The notes: generated by a model from the letters alone, not told the origin. Counted from the stretch's first letter, positions 17,747 to 28,845 are shown. The stretch is 64,000 nt of DNA from Armatimonadota bacterium (GCA_034722055.1 JAYENL010000173.1:13440-77439), one strand, 5' to 3'. A program made the numbers and translations.

Positions 17747-20333
17747 TTACGCGCCCTCGGCCGCCAGCAGGTGCTGGAGGCCCACGATCAGCTCCGCCGT
17801 GCGGCGGCGGGCCTCCAGGATGACCTGCATGTCGCCGGTGTGTCGCTGCTCGCGCACCCGCTGCGGCAGCTCCTCCTCACAGCCGGCCTCCATCATGCCG
17901 GTCGTCACCCACTCCGGAACCGCGGCCATCTCCCGCCCGCGCCGCAGCAGCGTCGCATGCCTCTCGCGGACATCCTCGGGCAGCGCCTCCGCCTGGCTCA
18001 CCAGCTCGCGCAGCATCGCCAGGTAGTCGCAATCCTCCATCCCCTCGCGCCAGTACTCAAAGGCCACCGTGCTCAGCGGCCGGCCGTCCGGTGCCCGGCG
18101 GATCAGCCCGCCCCACGTGAAGCTGCGGCTGTCCTCATCCCGGCTGCCCGGCTCCGGCCACAGGCCCTCGCCGTAGGGCCCGGCGCCCCCGCCGGCCGAG
18201 AGGTTCCAGTGCAGCACCCCGTCCAGGTCATCGTGCATTGTGGCCCAGTACTGCACCCGCATGAGCACCTCGTCGCGCTGGGCGGCGCGCAGGTTGTACC
18301 ACCACACCTCCATCCCCTGCTGCCTGAGCAGGTCGCACACCTCCGGCGACAGCAGCCGCGTGACCACCGCCACGATGTCCAGGTTCTCGATCCGCTCGTA
18401 ATCCTCCCACAGCGGCACGTTGACGGTCGTCATGGTGCGCACCTGCGGGTAGCGGCGCTTGAACTCTCCGTACATGTCCTCCAGCGCCGGCACCAGCCCC
18501 GAGCCCAGCTCATCGAAGCCGTAGAGCACCAGATGGTCCATCAGCCACGGCGCCCGCTCGCGGACCTGCTGGATGCGCTTGTCCACTCGCCTGAGATAGT
18601 CGTTGCGCACCGAGTCCTTGAAGCGCACCTGGCCCTCCGGGCCCTCCTCGAAGCGCCCGGACCCCATGCGGCTGATGCGCTTGAGGTTGAACAGGTCCGC
18701 CCCCCACTGGTGCCACCGCAGCATCGTCTCCAGGGGCGGCGGATCCGGCCACTGATAGATGCTCATGGCGTTGAAGCGGTGTGAGATGACCAGACGGGCG
18801 TTGGCGTCGGCCCACTCCCCGCTCCGGCCCCACCCATGTGTCGCGGTCTGCAGGGAGGCGTACTTCGGCAGCGTGAACGGCCACACGGTCAGATGGACCC
18901 CCACCTCCTGCGGCTCCATGCCCTCGGCGCTGATGGTCACGGTGCCGGAGTACTGCCCCGGCGGCGTCTCCGGCGGCACGTAGACGTTGATCCAGACCGG
19001 CTGCACGCCCCCGCGCTTCACGTTGAAATTGCGCACGTCCGGCCGCAGCATGTCGGCGTAGTGGATGCCGTCGCCCGGGTGCGGCCGCCAGCCCATGGGC
19101 GCGACCTCGATGTTCTCCGGCGCAATGGCGCCCGGCCCGCGCAGCGCCGACACCTCCAGGCGCACACCCGTCAGCTCCCGGTCCCGCGCGAAGATGACAA
19201 GCTGGAAGGGCTCATACTCACGCCGTGCCGCCGCGATGCGCACCTCGCGGCCAAACGCTCCGGCGTAGTCCGCCGGGAACTCCGACAGCGTCTCGGGCGC
19301 CTCCGGGATGCCGATTGCCAGCGGCGCGTCCGGGAAATGCCGCTGCATCTCCGCCTCCACCCGTGCCGCGCCCAGCCGCCGCTCAACGGCCGCCAGCGCC
19401 CCCTCCAGCGCCCGCACATCGGCGTCAGCCGGAACGTCCGGCGGCGCATCCAGCGGCGTCATGAGCTGCGCCTCCTCGGCGGGGAGGGAGAGGGCGGTCA
19501 GGGCATCGACAGCGTCCGCAACCGTCGCATCCGAGAGCGATGCCAGCATCCCCCGCGCGTTCGCCGTCAGCTCAGCGACTCGCTCGCGCAACTCCTGACG
19601 CGAGCCGGGCTCATGCGTGTCGGCCAGCGACGCCGCCAGCTCCTCCGCGCGCCCGGCCAGCTCCAGCACCCGGGCCTGCTCACCGGCAGGAGCCGTCTGC
19701 GCCGCGGCATCGAGGCGCGAGCGGAGCCGGGCGAGCCGCCGCTCGCAGCGATCGACGAGCCGGAAGTTGTCGAGGTAGATGACCCGCCGGTCGCGATTCT
19801 GGCGGGTTGTGAAGCGCAGCAGGATGATCTGGGACAGGTCCGGGTCGGGCACGCGCATGGCGTCGGTCCGCAGCGAGATGTGCCACTCTCCGGGCTGGAT
19901 GGTGAGGGAGAACAGCCGGTTCTGGTTGGGGTTCTCCACGCCCCCCCCCGAGCACGTGGAGCCGGACGCCTTCATCGCTGGGAACGTGCGCCTCGAACGC
20001 AAGGCCGTCCCAGCCGCGCCAGTCGCCAGCGTCGATCTGCGGCGGGCGGAAGTTGATGACGCGCCAGTCGCCCTCGCCCTTCGCCCACTCGTGGAAGGTC
20101 AGCTTCAGCGACGCGGAGCCGCTCGACGCCCACTCGGTCGAGCGCTCCATGTCCGTCTCCGCCCCCTCACCCCAGTCGTCCCTCTGCCTGCCGGGCAGCT
20201 CCCAGCCCCCGGCCCAGTCATCGCCCTCGAAGTCCGCGACCTGACGCACCCGGACGAGGTCGTCAGCCGGCCCCCCACTCGCGGAGAGCGCCGTCAGCAG
20301 CACGGGAAGTGCCATCAGTCGAAGCCTGTACAC
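17747..20333 (-). pseudogene. Secreted DUF4091/GH123-like glycoside hydrolase, frameshifted at a G9 tract
   Basis: The signal-peptide ORF from 20333 and the catalytic ORF (AARREYEPFQL, VWINVYVP, GFDE, EYWREGMEDCDY) join in frame if the C9 run at 19941-19949 is C8. Confidence 0.75.
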
Positions 20334-20364
20334 GCGGTATCACCATCCCTGGGGTCTCGCCTCG

Positions 20365-23300
20365 TCACTCGCCGACCCGCAGCAGCCGCACGCAGTGCGG
20401 GATGGCCGTCACGGTCAGACCGTCGGCGAGCTGCGCCACGGTGCCCAGCCTCTCGCCCGTGGCCACGTCGCTGATCGGCATGGGGGCAAGGATCGGCAGC
20501 TCGAGGATCGTCGGATCGCAGCGCACGCTCGCCTCCACTGGTTGGTCAGCTATCGACAGCAGCGCGATGGTGCGCGCGTCGGGATAGGCGTACACGAAGA
20601 GGTCGTCGCCGGTCACGTCCAGTCGGCCGCCCTGATCCTCGCGGTGCGCGGCCCAGAGGATGGTCGCGCGCAGCAGCCGCGAGAAGTCGTATTCGCCGGA
20701 CCACCCGGCGATCCACGCCGCGCGGCCCTCGCCCACCTCCCGCACGGTCATGCCCACCACCGGCTCCTCATCCTCACCCAGCAGCGCGTAAGCGACAGTT
20801 ACGTCGTCCGCGATGGGGACCGCCTTCGCGACGTCGCGTATGCCAGCGATGACTTCGGCGCCGGCGATGGGCGCCTCCTGCACGCGCGCCAGCGACAGGC
20901 CGTCCTCCTCGCGGGCCGCCGCCAGCGCCTCCTCGTCGATCCACTCATCGCCGGAGTATGCCGCGGCAGCCTCCGCGGCGTCACTCGCAGGCGCGCCGGT
21001 CACGCCGAACACGTCGGCCAGCGCCCAGCCGTCCTCCAGCGCCGAGGATGCCTGCAGGCCGACCACGCCTCCGCCGGCGCGTACGAAGCCCTGGATTGCG
21101 TCCGCCAGGCGCTCGTCCTCCCAGATGTACCCGCCGCTCCAGGCGGTGCCGGGAAGGCCGTAGAGAAACAGGCAGTGCGCGTCCTCGGGAACGCCTCCCT
21201 GGATAACGTCGCGGAAGCTGATGAAGCGCACGCGCACAGGCAGATCCGTGAGGTGCCACAACACGCGGTCGCCCCACGGCCGCCAGGAGTACTGCCGGCC
21301 CCAGGAGTGCACCACGTAGAGGTTCGCGGCCCCCTCCCACGCCCGGGCTCTGCCGAGTCGGGCCATCAGCCGGAACTCATCGCTGATCTGCGCGAGCTGC
21401 TCCACCACGTCCTCGCGAATGGCGTCATCCGACAGCTCTGCGGCGTTCGGCATGGGCATCCAGTAGAGCCCCTCGGGCGGCTGCATCAGCAGCCCACGCC
21501 GGGCGCGGTCCCACTTCCCCGCGTAGAGGGCCGCGCCATCGGGGCGCGCCACCAGGTGTGAGTGCAGCCAGTCCACGCGCATGCGGCGGTAGACATCGCC
21601 GGGGAAGTCCACGAGCGCCCGCGCGGTCACAGGGTCACCGGAGGGCTTGTCCACCTCATCGACATTCCCGGCCTCCAGGCTCCCCAGGTAGGGCTCGATG
21701 CCCACATGGCAGTCGCCCCAATACAGCCAGGTGCGCGCGCCGCGCTCGTGGACGACGTCGGTCGCCCGCCGCATCCAGGGCTTCACGTGTTCCTGCACCC
21801 ACTGCATCCACGGCAGGTACTCCGGCTGAGGTGGCACATCCAGCGTCCGCGGGGGCATCACCAGCCAGCGGGGGTCGAACTCGATGCCGGTGTCCTCGGT
21901 GAACCGCCACTGGTTCTCAGGCCGGGCGGCGTTGGTGTAGGACTCCCAGTCATAGCCGCCCTGCGGGTTGCGCCCAGGCCAGGCGAAGGCCAGGTCATCA
22001 TACCAGAAGGTCTCCAGCACGCCCTCCAGCCGCTCCACCTCCTCGGTCAGCACCTCCAGCGCGTGCTCCGCGAAGGGCTCGTGGAGCAGGTCGCCGATGC
22101 GGGTGGTCTCGTTGAGGTAGTAGACCCGGTAGACGCGCCCCTCCTGCGCCTGGTTAATGGTGACCGTGCGCGAGGGATGGTCGTACTCCCACGCATGCGG
22201 GGGCAGCTCCTCGTCCGTCGCCGTGTCCACGATGCGCCAGTGCTCCGCCGGCGGGAAGAAGTCGCTGACCTTCATGCCGCCCCACTCCGGCGCCTGCAGC
22301 TTCAGCGTTACGCTCTCCCCCTGCGCCGGCTGGGTGTCCATGTACCAGTAGCCGAACTGGAGGTGGTCCGGCTCCTCGGCGGTGTGGATGGGCGCGCTGG
22401 AGAGCATCGCGGTGTGGTAGCCCTCCTCCACCCACCGCGCGAGGCCCTCCCGGGAGGCGCTGCCGTGCGGCGTGACCAGCTCATTGGCGCCGATCCGCTC
22501 CGCCCACGGGAGAGCCGCCTCCGCGTCGTCGGCGGACCAGCTCATGGTGATGCGCACGTCCTCGTCCCGCTCGGCCCGCACGTGCCGCCGCACGGCCAGC
22601 CGATAGGCGGCCTCGCCGGTGGCGATGGCGTGCACGCGCCGCTCCGCGGCGGTGAGGTAGCGCCCGGCCAGATCCAGGTCGCGGCGCTGCAGGCGATCCC
22701 GCGCCGCCGCCAGCGCCTGCAGCACTACGCCTCTCTCGGGCAGGTCGGGGTCGGCATCCGCCAGCGCATCCTCGATGGCCTCGGTCCGCCGCTGCAGCTC
22801 ATCCATCCTGCCGCCTCCATAGCTGACCGGCCGCGTTAGCGTCGCGATCCGCTCGCCAGCCGCGTCCAGGAACTCCACGCTGACCTCCGCCTCGCCGTCA
22901 CCGAGCCGCTCCGCCTCCAGCAGTGGAGCGTTCGCCTCGCCGACCGGGAGCTCCCGCGACAGCAGCTCCTCGCCGGCGGCGCTGGTGATCCGCACGCGGA
23001 TGCTGGTCACCCTCTCCGGCAGCTCCACGTCGCCCAGGTCAAGCTGCACGGACTCGCCGTCGAGGTAGACGCGCTCGGTCAGCAGGGGCTGGAACTCGCG
23101 CACGACGCTGGAGATGCGGATCTCGTCGAAGGCCCCGCGCAGGTGCGCCCGCCATCCATCGTGGGAGCCGAAGGTGCAGGAGCCGCCCTTCTCGGTGTAG
23201 GTGCCCTCATCGGCGTGCTGCGTCTCGGCCACCAGCCGACCGTTCAGGTAGAGGCGCACGGTGCGGTCGGCCTGGTGCGTCACCGCCACGTGCTGCCACC

Positions 23301-23763
23301 GGCCCCGGCGCCACGGGATTCCCGCCGGGGAGTGCCAGCGGATGGGGAAGGTCTCGGCGCGGTAGCCGAAGCTGGCCGTGCCCCGGTTGTAGTGGGCCGC
23401 CAGGTAGTAGTTGATGCTCACGGAGAAGATGGTGCCCTCGGCGCTGTCGGGGCGAAACCAGCACTCGATGGTGAAGGGCTGATCGACGGCCAGCCGCAGG
23501 CTCTCATCGAAGGGCACGCGGACGCACTCGCCGCCGCCCTCCAGCTCAGCGCCGCGGCCGAAGACGCCCTCAGCGCTCTCGGCGCCCTTGACGAGCTGTC
23601 CATCCACCGGGGCGGTGCCCAGATTCGGCTGCTCCTCGCCCCCCTCGTCGAGGTGCAGCAGCAGGAGGGTGTCCTCGTCGGGCTCGTAGGGAAGGAACCA
23701 GGCCTCGGCTCCAAAGGCCGCGGCTGCAGAAAGCAGCAACCCCGCAACGCAGATGGCTCTCAT
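20365..23763 (-). CDS. Secreted LamG + GH112-like (galactosyl-N-acetylhexosamine phosphorylase-like) protein
   Basis: Signal peptide, LamG (LLLHLDE, FTIECW, WQHVAVT, DEIRIS), GH112-like YDWESY, WGDCHVGIEP, ARRGLL and TAWSGG; start ATG 23763. Confidence 0.7.
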   Translation of the reverse strand: MRAICVAGLLLSAAAAFGAEAWFLPYEPDEDTLLLLHLDEGGEEQPNLGTAPVDGQLVKGAESAEGVFGRGAELEGGGECVRVPFDESLRLAVDQPFTIECWFRPDSAEGTIFSVSINYYLAAHYNRGTASFGYRAETFPIRWHSPAGIPWRRGRWQHVAVTHQADRTVRLYLNGRLVAETQHADEGTYTEKGGSCTFGSHDGWRAHLRGAFDEIRISSVVREFQPLLTERVYLDGESVQLDLGDVELPERVTSIRVRITSAAGEELLSRELPVGEANAPLLEAERLGDGEAEVSVEFLDAAGERIATLTRPVSYGGGRMDELQRRTEAIEDALADADPDLPERGVVLQALAAARDRLQRRDLDLAGRYLTAAERRVHAIATGEAAYRLAVRRHVRAERDEDVRITMSWSADDAEAALPWAERIGANELVTPHGSASREGLARWVEEGYHTAMLSSAPIHTAEEPDHLQFGYWYMDTQPAQGESVTLKLQAPEWGGMKVSDFFPPAEHWRIVDTATDEELPPHAWEYDHPSRTVTINQAQEGRVYRVYYLNETTRIGDLLHEPFAEHALEVLTEEVERLEGVLETFWYDDLAFAWPGRNPQGGYDWESYTNAARPENQWRFTEDTGIEFDPRWLVMPPRTLDVPPQPEYLPWMQWVQEHVKPWMRRATDVVHERGARTWLYWGDCHVGIEPYLGSLEAGNVDEVDKPSGDPVTARALVDFPGDVYRRMRVDWLHSHLVARPDGAALYAGKWDRARRGLLMQPPEGLYWMPMPNAAELSDDAIREDVVEQLAQISDEFRLMARLGRARAWEGAANLYVVHSWGRQYSWRPWGDRVLWHLTDLPVRVRFISFRDVIQGGVPEDAHCLFLYGLPGTAWSGGYIWEDERLADAIQGFVRAGGGVVGLQASSALEDGWALADVFGVTGAPASDAAEAAAAYSGDEWIDEEALAAAREEDGLSLARVQEAPIAGAEVIAGIRDVAKAVPIADDVTVAYALLGEDEEPVVGMTVREVGEGRAAWIAGWSGEYDFSRLLRATILWAAHREDQGGRLDVTGDDLFVYAYPDARTIALLSIADQPVEASVRCDPTILELPILAPMPISDVATGERLGTVAQLADGLTVTAIPHCVRLLRVGE

Positions 23764-23785
23764 TGAGGGCCTCCCGTGCAACGGC

Positions 23786-26700
23786 TCATTGGGCGCCGGC
23801 CCAGGTCACGGCGTTGAGCAGAAGCTGCGCCTCGGCGCCCTGGGGCGGGACGTCGCTGGCGTCGTCGTCGATGCCGACCGCCAGGCCGATGGCCACGTAG
23901 CGGCCCTCGCCGAAGCTGCCGGCCACCACCACGGGCAGCTCGTCTCCCGCGCCCTTCGCCAGCACCACGCCAGCGGAGCCCGGCTCAAGCTGGATGTGGT
24001 CGTAGTAGGAGTGGGGATGCTCCACGTCCGGCTCGATGCCCGCGGTCACCGGGTGCTCGGCGACCACCATCCAGTGCCGCACGTCGATCTTGTCCACGCC
24101 GCCGGCGCAGACCTCGGGGATGACGGCCGGCTGATCCCGGAAGCCGACCGAGTCATGGGTCGCGATGAGCCCCCCGCCACCCCGGACGTAGTCGCGGAGG
24201 GCCCTCACATCGTCGTCGCCGATCACTCCGGCCATCTTCGGCTGCGGCAGGATGACGACGTCGCAGGGCTTGAGGTACGCCGCTCCGAGGCCCGAGAGCG
24301 GGCGCACCTCCACGCCCTCCTGCTCGCCCAGCCACTGCTGGATGGCCGATGCCCCGTAGCCGCCCGGCAGAACCGCGGCGTGCACGCCCTCGGTAACGAA
24401 GCGCGGCGGCCCGAAGGCCGCCGCCTGGTCTTCCGTCATAGGCCGCAGCGGCGGTGGGGGCTGGCCGGCGTCGAGCTGTCCGGCCTTGCGCATCCAGATG
24501 TCGCCGTTGCAGCCCTGGCGGTCGGCTGGCAGGCCGGTGTCCGGTGTCCCCCGGATGTCCACGCGGATGAAGTAGCGTGCCTCCGGGTCGGTCTCCTCCA
24601 CCTCCAGCGTATAGGCGGTGTTCTCGGGCCTAGCGCCCGCGCTGCCCTCGTGCTCGTCTGAGGCCACCACAGTAGCGCCCTCGGGGTCCTCGCCCTCCGC
24701 CTCCAGCAGCTCCACGGCGTAGGAGTGCAGCCCGTTCCAGCCGCTGGTGTAGCGGAAGCCCACGGTGTAGGTGCCGGGGCCCATCATCATGTCGGTCACA
24801 TCGAAGGTCTTCTCCCGCCGCCGGTTCTCCTCGAAGTCCTCGGCGGTCCAGCCCCCGACCACCGTCATCCGGTAGGGCCTGCCGGGGTCCTCGATGCCGA
24901 ACTGCTGCATGAACTCCCCGATCTCCGAGGCGGTCTGGTCGATGACCTCGATGGTGTCATCGAACCGCCGCGCCCCCTCCCAGCCCTCCAGCGACTCCCG
25001 CCAGTCCCGCAGCCCGCTCGTGGCCTGCTGCGAGGCCAGAGCCATCTCGTACATCAGCTCATTGAGGCGCTGCCGCGTCTGCGCCGGCTGGGGGGTCTCC
25101 TGGCTGAGGGCCACCGTCATGTCGTAGATGGTCCGCAGCATCCGGACCATCCCGCCGACGGTCTCCGCCTCCGCCACCAGCGTCGGGGCCTCCCACTCCC
25201 GTGCCGTCTCCGCCGCCCAGCGGCAGGTCTCGATGTCCGCATCCAGCCGCTCCAGCGACGGGAAGTACCGGTACATCCCCTCGCCCAGCGTCGGCACGGT
25301 GCGGCCCTTGACCACCGCCGCCGCCCGGCCAAAGAACGCCGAATAGGGCACGCGCGAGCCGTACAGGTCCCAGCCCACCGGCCCCATGCGCACCGCCCAC
25401 TCAGCGGCTGCGTCCGGGGCCTCGAAGCCGCGGCGGGTGAAGTAGGCGGCGGCGAACTCCCGCGGGCTGCGCCCCTTGGCATTCCACGACCACTCCGCGG
25501 CGGCGATGACGTTGAACTCGTAGCAGACGTTGTCCGGCGTGGCGTAGCCGCAGAGGCACTCCAGGCCGTCGCTGACGAACTCGTTCATCCGGTAGTGGAT
25601 GAACTGCGGGCCGGTCCAGGGGCACACGATGCGCCACGATGCGGTGAGCTGGGGATAGCAGCCCAGCCACCGGCCCTCGTCGGCGTAGTCCTCCAGCAGC
25701 GGGTAGATCATCTCCTCCCGCGAGCTGTCGTAGGTCCGTCCGCCATGGTAGTAGGTCACCCCGATATCGGGCGGGACCTCCTCCAGGACCTTGTCGTTGG
25801 TCTCGTAGCTGCCCTGGGTGAGCAGGATGCGCAGGCCCACGTCCGGGTGGTCGTTCTGTATCTGCCTGTAGGCCTTCACCAGAGCCCGGGTCTCCAGGAC
25901 GAACTGCCCCACCTTCTGGCACTCCTCGCACTCGCACTGCACGTGGGACTCGCTGAGCCAGGCGCAGATGTCCGTCACGCCCTCCAGCGACGCCATCCCG
26001 TCCATCCAGCCGGCGAGGATGTCCACGAATCTGGGGTTGCTCGCACAGGGGGCGATGAGGCCCCGGGGGGCGGTCTCGATGTCGTAACCCTCGCCGGCCA
26101 GCTCCGGATACACGTCGTAGAGGCCGGTGCGCTTGAGGTGCTCCAGGTGGGTAATGATGGGCACCAGGTTCAGGGCGTTGGCGCGCGCCCGCGCCCGGTC
26201 CTCGGCACTCATCGTCACCTCCGTGGTGCCATCCTCGCGCACGTGCAGGCCCACGTGCGTCTCCACCAGGTTCATCTTGTGTGCGGCCAGCATCTCGATG
26301 TCCCGGACGCTGGAGCCGCCCCACTCGCCACGCTCGGACAGATCCGGCCAGTCGAGGACCTCGACCAGGGGGACTTCCACGCGGCCGTCGGTGAGAGTGG
26401 CCTCCAGGAGCTGGCGGAGCGTCTGGGCGGCGTAGTAGACGCCCGCCGGCGTCAGGGCCGTGAGCGCCAGCTCGCTGTCGCCCAGCGGCACGATGGCGTA
26501 GGCCTGATCGGAGTTGGGCAGGCCCCGCAGTCGCTGGGGGTCGATGGCCTTGCGGCCGCGGACCATGCCCTCGTCATCGCACACGCCGATGACGATGCGC
26601 AGGACCTGATCCGCCGCGGGCAGGCGATCCTCGCTGTCCAGCAGCTCCTCGAGCTGCGCGGCAGCGACCTGCTCCGGCTCCGTGGCACCGCGCCGCAGGC

Positions 26701-26878
26701 GGATACCGATCTGCGCGGGGACCGCGTCCAGCTTGCGGGGGATCTCAATGCGCTTCGGCAGCGGAATGGCCCAGCGCTGCCACGCCGCGGCCTCCTGTGG
26801 GCTCACATCGCGAACCTCCGCGGCCGTCACGCCGGCGCACAGCAGTCCGGCCAGTAGAACCACTATCGCGCGTGTCAT
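23786..26878 (-). CDS. Secreted hexosaminidase-like protein (GH20 domain 2 + TIM barrel + ThuA/GATase-like C-terminus)
   Basis: IPLPK, QAYAI, GVYYAAQTLRQL, DWPDLSERG, AAEWSWN; C-terminal LRDYVRGGGGLIATH and HPVTAG; GGAGG RBS. Confidence 0.7.
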   Translation of the reverse strand: MTRAIVVLLAGLLCAGVTAAEVRDVSPQEAAAWQRWAIPLPKRIEIPRKLDAVPAQIGIRLRRGATEPEQVAAAQLEELLDSEDRLPAADQVLRIVIGVCDDEGMVRGRKAIDPQRLRGLPNSDQAYAIVPLGDSELALTALTPAGVYYAAQTLRQLLEATLTDGRVEVPLVEVLDWPDLSERGEWGGSSVRDIEMLAAHKMNLVETHVGLHVREDGTTEVTMSAEDRARARANALNLVPIITHLEHLKRTGLYDVYPELAGEGYDIETAPRGLIAPCASNPRFVDILAGWMDGMASLEGVTDICAWLSESHVQCECEECQKVGQFVLETRALVKAYRQIQNDHPDVGLRILLTQGSYETNDKVLEEVPPDIGVTYYHGGRTYDSSREEMIYPLLEDYADEGRWLGCYPQLTASWRIVCPWTGPQFIHYRMNEFVSDGLECLCGYATPDNVCYEFNVIAAAEWSWNAKGRSPREFAAAYFTRRGFEAPDAAAEWAVRMGPVGWDLYGSRVPYSAFFGRAAAVVKGRTVPTLGEGMYRYFPSLERLDADIETCRWAAETAREWEAPTLVAEAETVGGMVRMLRTIYDMTVALSQETPQPAQTRQRLNELMYEMALASQQATSGLRDWRESLEGWEGARRFDDTIEVIDQTASEIGEFMQQFGIEDPGRPYRMTVVGGWTAEDFEENRRREKTFDVTDMMMGPGTYTVGFRYTSGWNGLHSYAVELLEAEGEDPEGATVVASDEHEGSAGARPENTAYTLEVEETDPEARYFIRVDIRGTPDTGLPADRQGCNGDIWMRKAGQLDAGQPPPPLRPMTEDQAAAFGPPRFVTEGVHAAVLPGGYGASAIQQWLGEQEGVEVRPLSGLGAAYLKPCDVVILPQPKMAGVIGDDDVRALRDYVRGGGGLIATHDSVGFRDQPAVIPEVCAGGVDKIDVRHWMVVAEHPVTAGIEPDVEHPHSYYDHIQLEPGSAGVVLAKGAGDELPVVVAGSFGEGRYVAIGLAVGIDDDASDVPPQGAEAQLLLNAVTWAGAQ

Positions 26879-27009
26879 TTCGGCACCTCCCGACTGGAGT
26901 ATGGGACAGCCGGCATCCCCGGGAGGAGCACGGCCGCCCTCCGCGAACACATTCTACGGGACCGGCCCTTGCGCCTCCGTCACCAGCTCACTTGTTGGGA
27001 CTGACGTCC

Positions 27010-27669
27010 GTGAGTCCGCTGCTGAGGCTTATCGCCGCGGTGCTGACCGGCACGCTTATCGCCGGCTGCCCGCCTGGTGAGGACGCCACGGCGCCGCCTC
27101 CCGCTCCTGAGATCGAGCACGCCGACGACGAGGCGCCCCCCCGTCCCGCCGCCGTGGAGCCGCGGCAAGTGTCCGCGGATGAGGGGCCGCCCGGCGGCGG
27201 TTCCCGGCCGCCGGCGACTGATGCGGAGACCGCTGCCGCCCCTCAGCCGGAGGCGGAGAGCGAGGAGCAGCGACAGCCGAATAGCGGCGAGGCCCTGTGC
27301 ACCCGCGTCATCGACGGCGACACCATCGAGCTGGCGGACGGCGAGCACGTGCGCTACATCGGCATCGACACCCCCGAGATGCGCCCTGTGGAGGCCTGGG
27401 CCGAGGCCGCCACGCGCGCCAACCGGGAGCTGGTGGAGGGCAAGATCCTCCGGCTGGTGCTTGACGTCGAGGAGCGCGACCGCTACGGCCGCCTGCTGGC
27501 CTACGTTTACGTGGATGACACCTTCGTCAACGCCGAGCTGGTCCGCCGAGGGCTGGCCCAAGTCGTCACCTATCCCCCGAACGTCCGCCACCAGGATGAG
27601 CTGCTGCGACTGCAGCGCCAGGCCCGCGAGGCCGGCCGGGGCCTGTGGAGCGACGCAGACGATGGATAA
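27010..27669 (+). CDS. Thermonuclease (SNase) family lipoprotein
   Basis: Lipobox LIAGC, Pro-rich linker, RVIDGDT, GIDTPE, DRYGRLLAY and GRGLW. Confidence 0.9.
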   Translation: MSPLLRLIAAVLTGTLIAGCPPGEDATAPPPAPEIEHADDEAPPRPAAVEPRQVSADEGPPGGGSRPPATDAETAAAPQPEAESEEQRQPNSGEALCTRVIDGDTIELADGEHVRYIGIDTPEMRPVEAWAEAATRANRELVEGKILRLVLDVEERDRYGRLLAYVYVDDTFVNAELVRRGLAQVVTYPPNVRHQDELLRLQRQAREAGRGLWSDADDG

Positions 27670-27695
27670 ACCAGCAGTGACGGGGAGGGCCGGAC

Positions 27696-27974
27696 ATGCG
27701 ACTGAACGTGTGGGCGTTCGGGCTGACCACCGGCATCCTGTGGGGCATCGCTCTGCCCCTGCTGGCCCTGTGGGTCATGATCCAGGGCGACATGGGCGCC
27801 GAGATCGGTCTTTTGAGCCAGACCTATCCGGGATATGCGGCCACGCCGGTGGGCGCCTCCCTGGGCGTGCCCTGGGGCATCGCGGACGGCCTGCCCTTCG
27901 GGCTGGTCTTCGCCTGGCTCTACAATCGGCTCGCGCGCGCAATGGGTGAGGACACCGATGCCAGAGCTGCCTGA
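27696..27974 (+). CDS. Small membrane protein (family often annotated as putative holin)
   Basis: Two to three TM segments, YPGY...G...G...AWLYN pattern; no phage genes nearby. Confidence 0.6.
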   Translation: MRLNVWAFGLTTGILWGIALPLLALWVMIQGDMGAEIGLLSQTYPGYAATPVGASLGVPWGIADGLPFGLVFAWLYNRLARAMGEDTDARAA

Positions 27975-28752
27975 TGTGGAGGGCTTCCGCCAGTACCTCT
28001 ACTCCACCTCGCTCCACCAGACCATCACCGGCGTGGAGGCCCGAGACAGCATGGTGCTGCTGGGGGGCGTGGCGGAGAGCGACCTCCGTGACGCCCTCGT
28101 CGGCGGCACGCTGCGGGATACTCACCGGCACGGGAAGTGGCTCTTCGCCGACGTCCAGCCCGGCCCGTGGCTGTGCCTGCACTTCGGCATGACCGGCCAC
28201 CTGGTCTACTTCAAGCACCTCGCCCACGATCCGGAGCACGATCGCATGCTCATCAGCTTCGAGAACGGCTTCCACCTGGCCTACGACTGCCAGCGCCGCC
28301 TGGGGCGGATCAGCCTTGCTGAGAGCGTGGAGGGGTTCGTGGAGGAGCAGGACCTCGGCCCCGACGCCGCCCGCGTGGACTGGGAGGGCTTCCTGAAGGC
28401 TGTGAACGGGCGCGACGCCATGCTCAAGTCCGCGTTTCTCGACCAGAGCATGCTGGCAGGGATCGGCAACATCCTCGCCGACGAGATCAACTTCCAGGTC
28501 GGCCTGCACCCGCGTGCCACGCTCGGTGACCTCGACGAGCGCCTCCTCCGGGAGCTCTACGACGCCATGAGGCTCGTCGTCGAGGTGACGACCGAGGCGC
28601 GCACGGCCGGCGGCGAGATCCCCGGAGACTGGCTGATGCACGATCGCGAGGAGAGCGGCGACTGCCCCCGCTGCGAGGGTACGATCCAGCGTATCATCGT
28701 TGGCAGCCGCTCGACCTACTTCTGTCCGGGATGCCAGGGCTTGCCAGGGTAG
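27958..28752 (+). CDS. Fpg/Nei family DNA glycosylase/AP lyase
   Basis: MPELPDVE, HFGMTG, DQSMLAGIGNILADE and C-terminal CPRC...CPGCQ zinc finger. Confidence 0.92.
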   Translation: MPELPDVEGFRQYLYSTSLHQTITGVEARDSMVLLGGVAESDLRDALVGGTLRDTHRHGKWLFADVQPGPWLCLHFGMTGHLVYFKHLAHDPEHDRMLISFENGFHLAYDCQRRLGRISLAESVEGFVEEQDLGPDAARVDWEGFLKAVNGRDAMLKSAFLDQSMLAGIGNILADEINFQVGLHPRATLGDLDERLLRELYDAMRLVVEVTTEARTAGGEIPGDWLMHDREESGDCPRCEGTIQRIIVGSRSTYFCPGCQGLPG

Positions 28753-28845
28753 CCCATCAGGGTCTCCGCCACGGTCCTCCGGCCCCAGCCAGTCACCATC
28801 CCTTCGTCCATGTCCCTCGATCCGGCATGTCGCGTCACGGCAGGG

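Noticed and set aside
27696..27974. Holin-like gene as evidence of a prophage
   Set aside because: No endolysin, structural or integrase genes; housekeeping context
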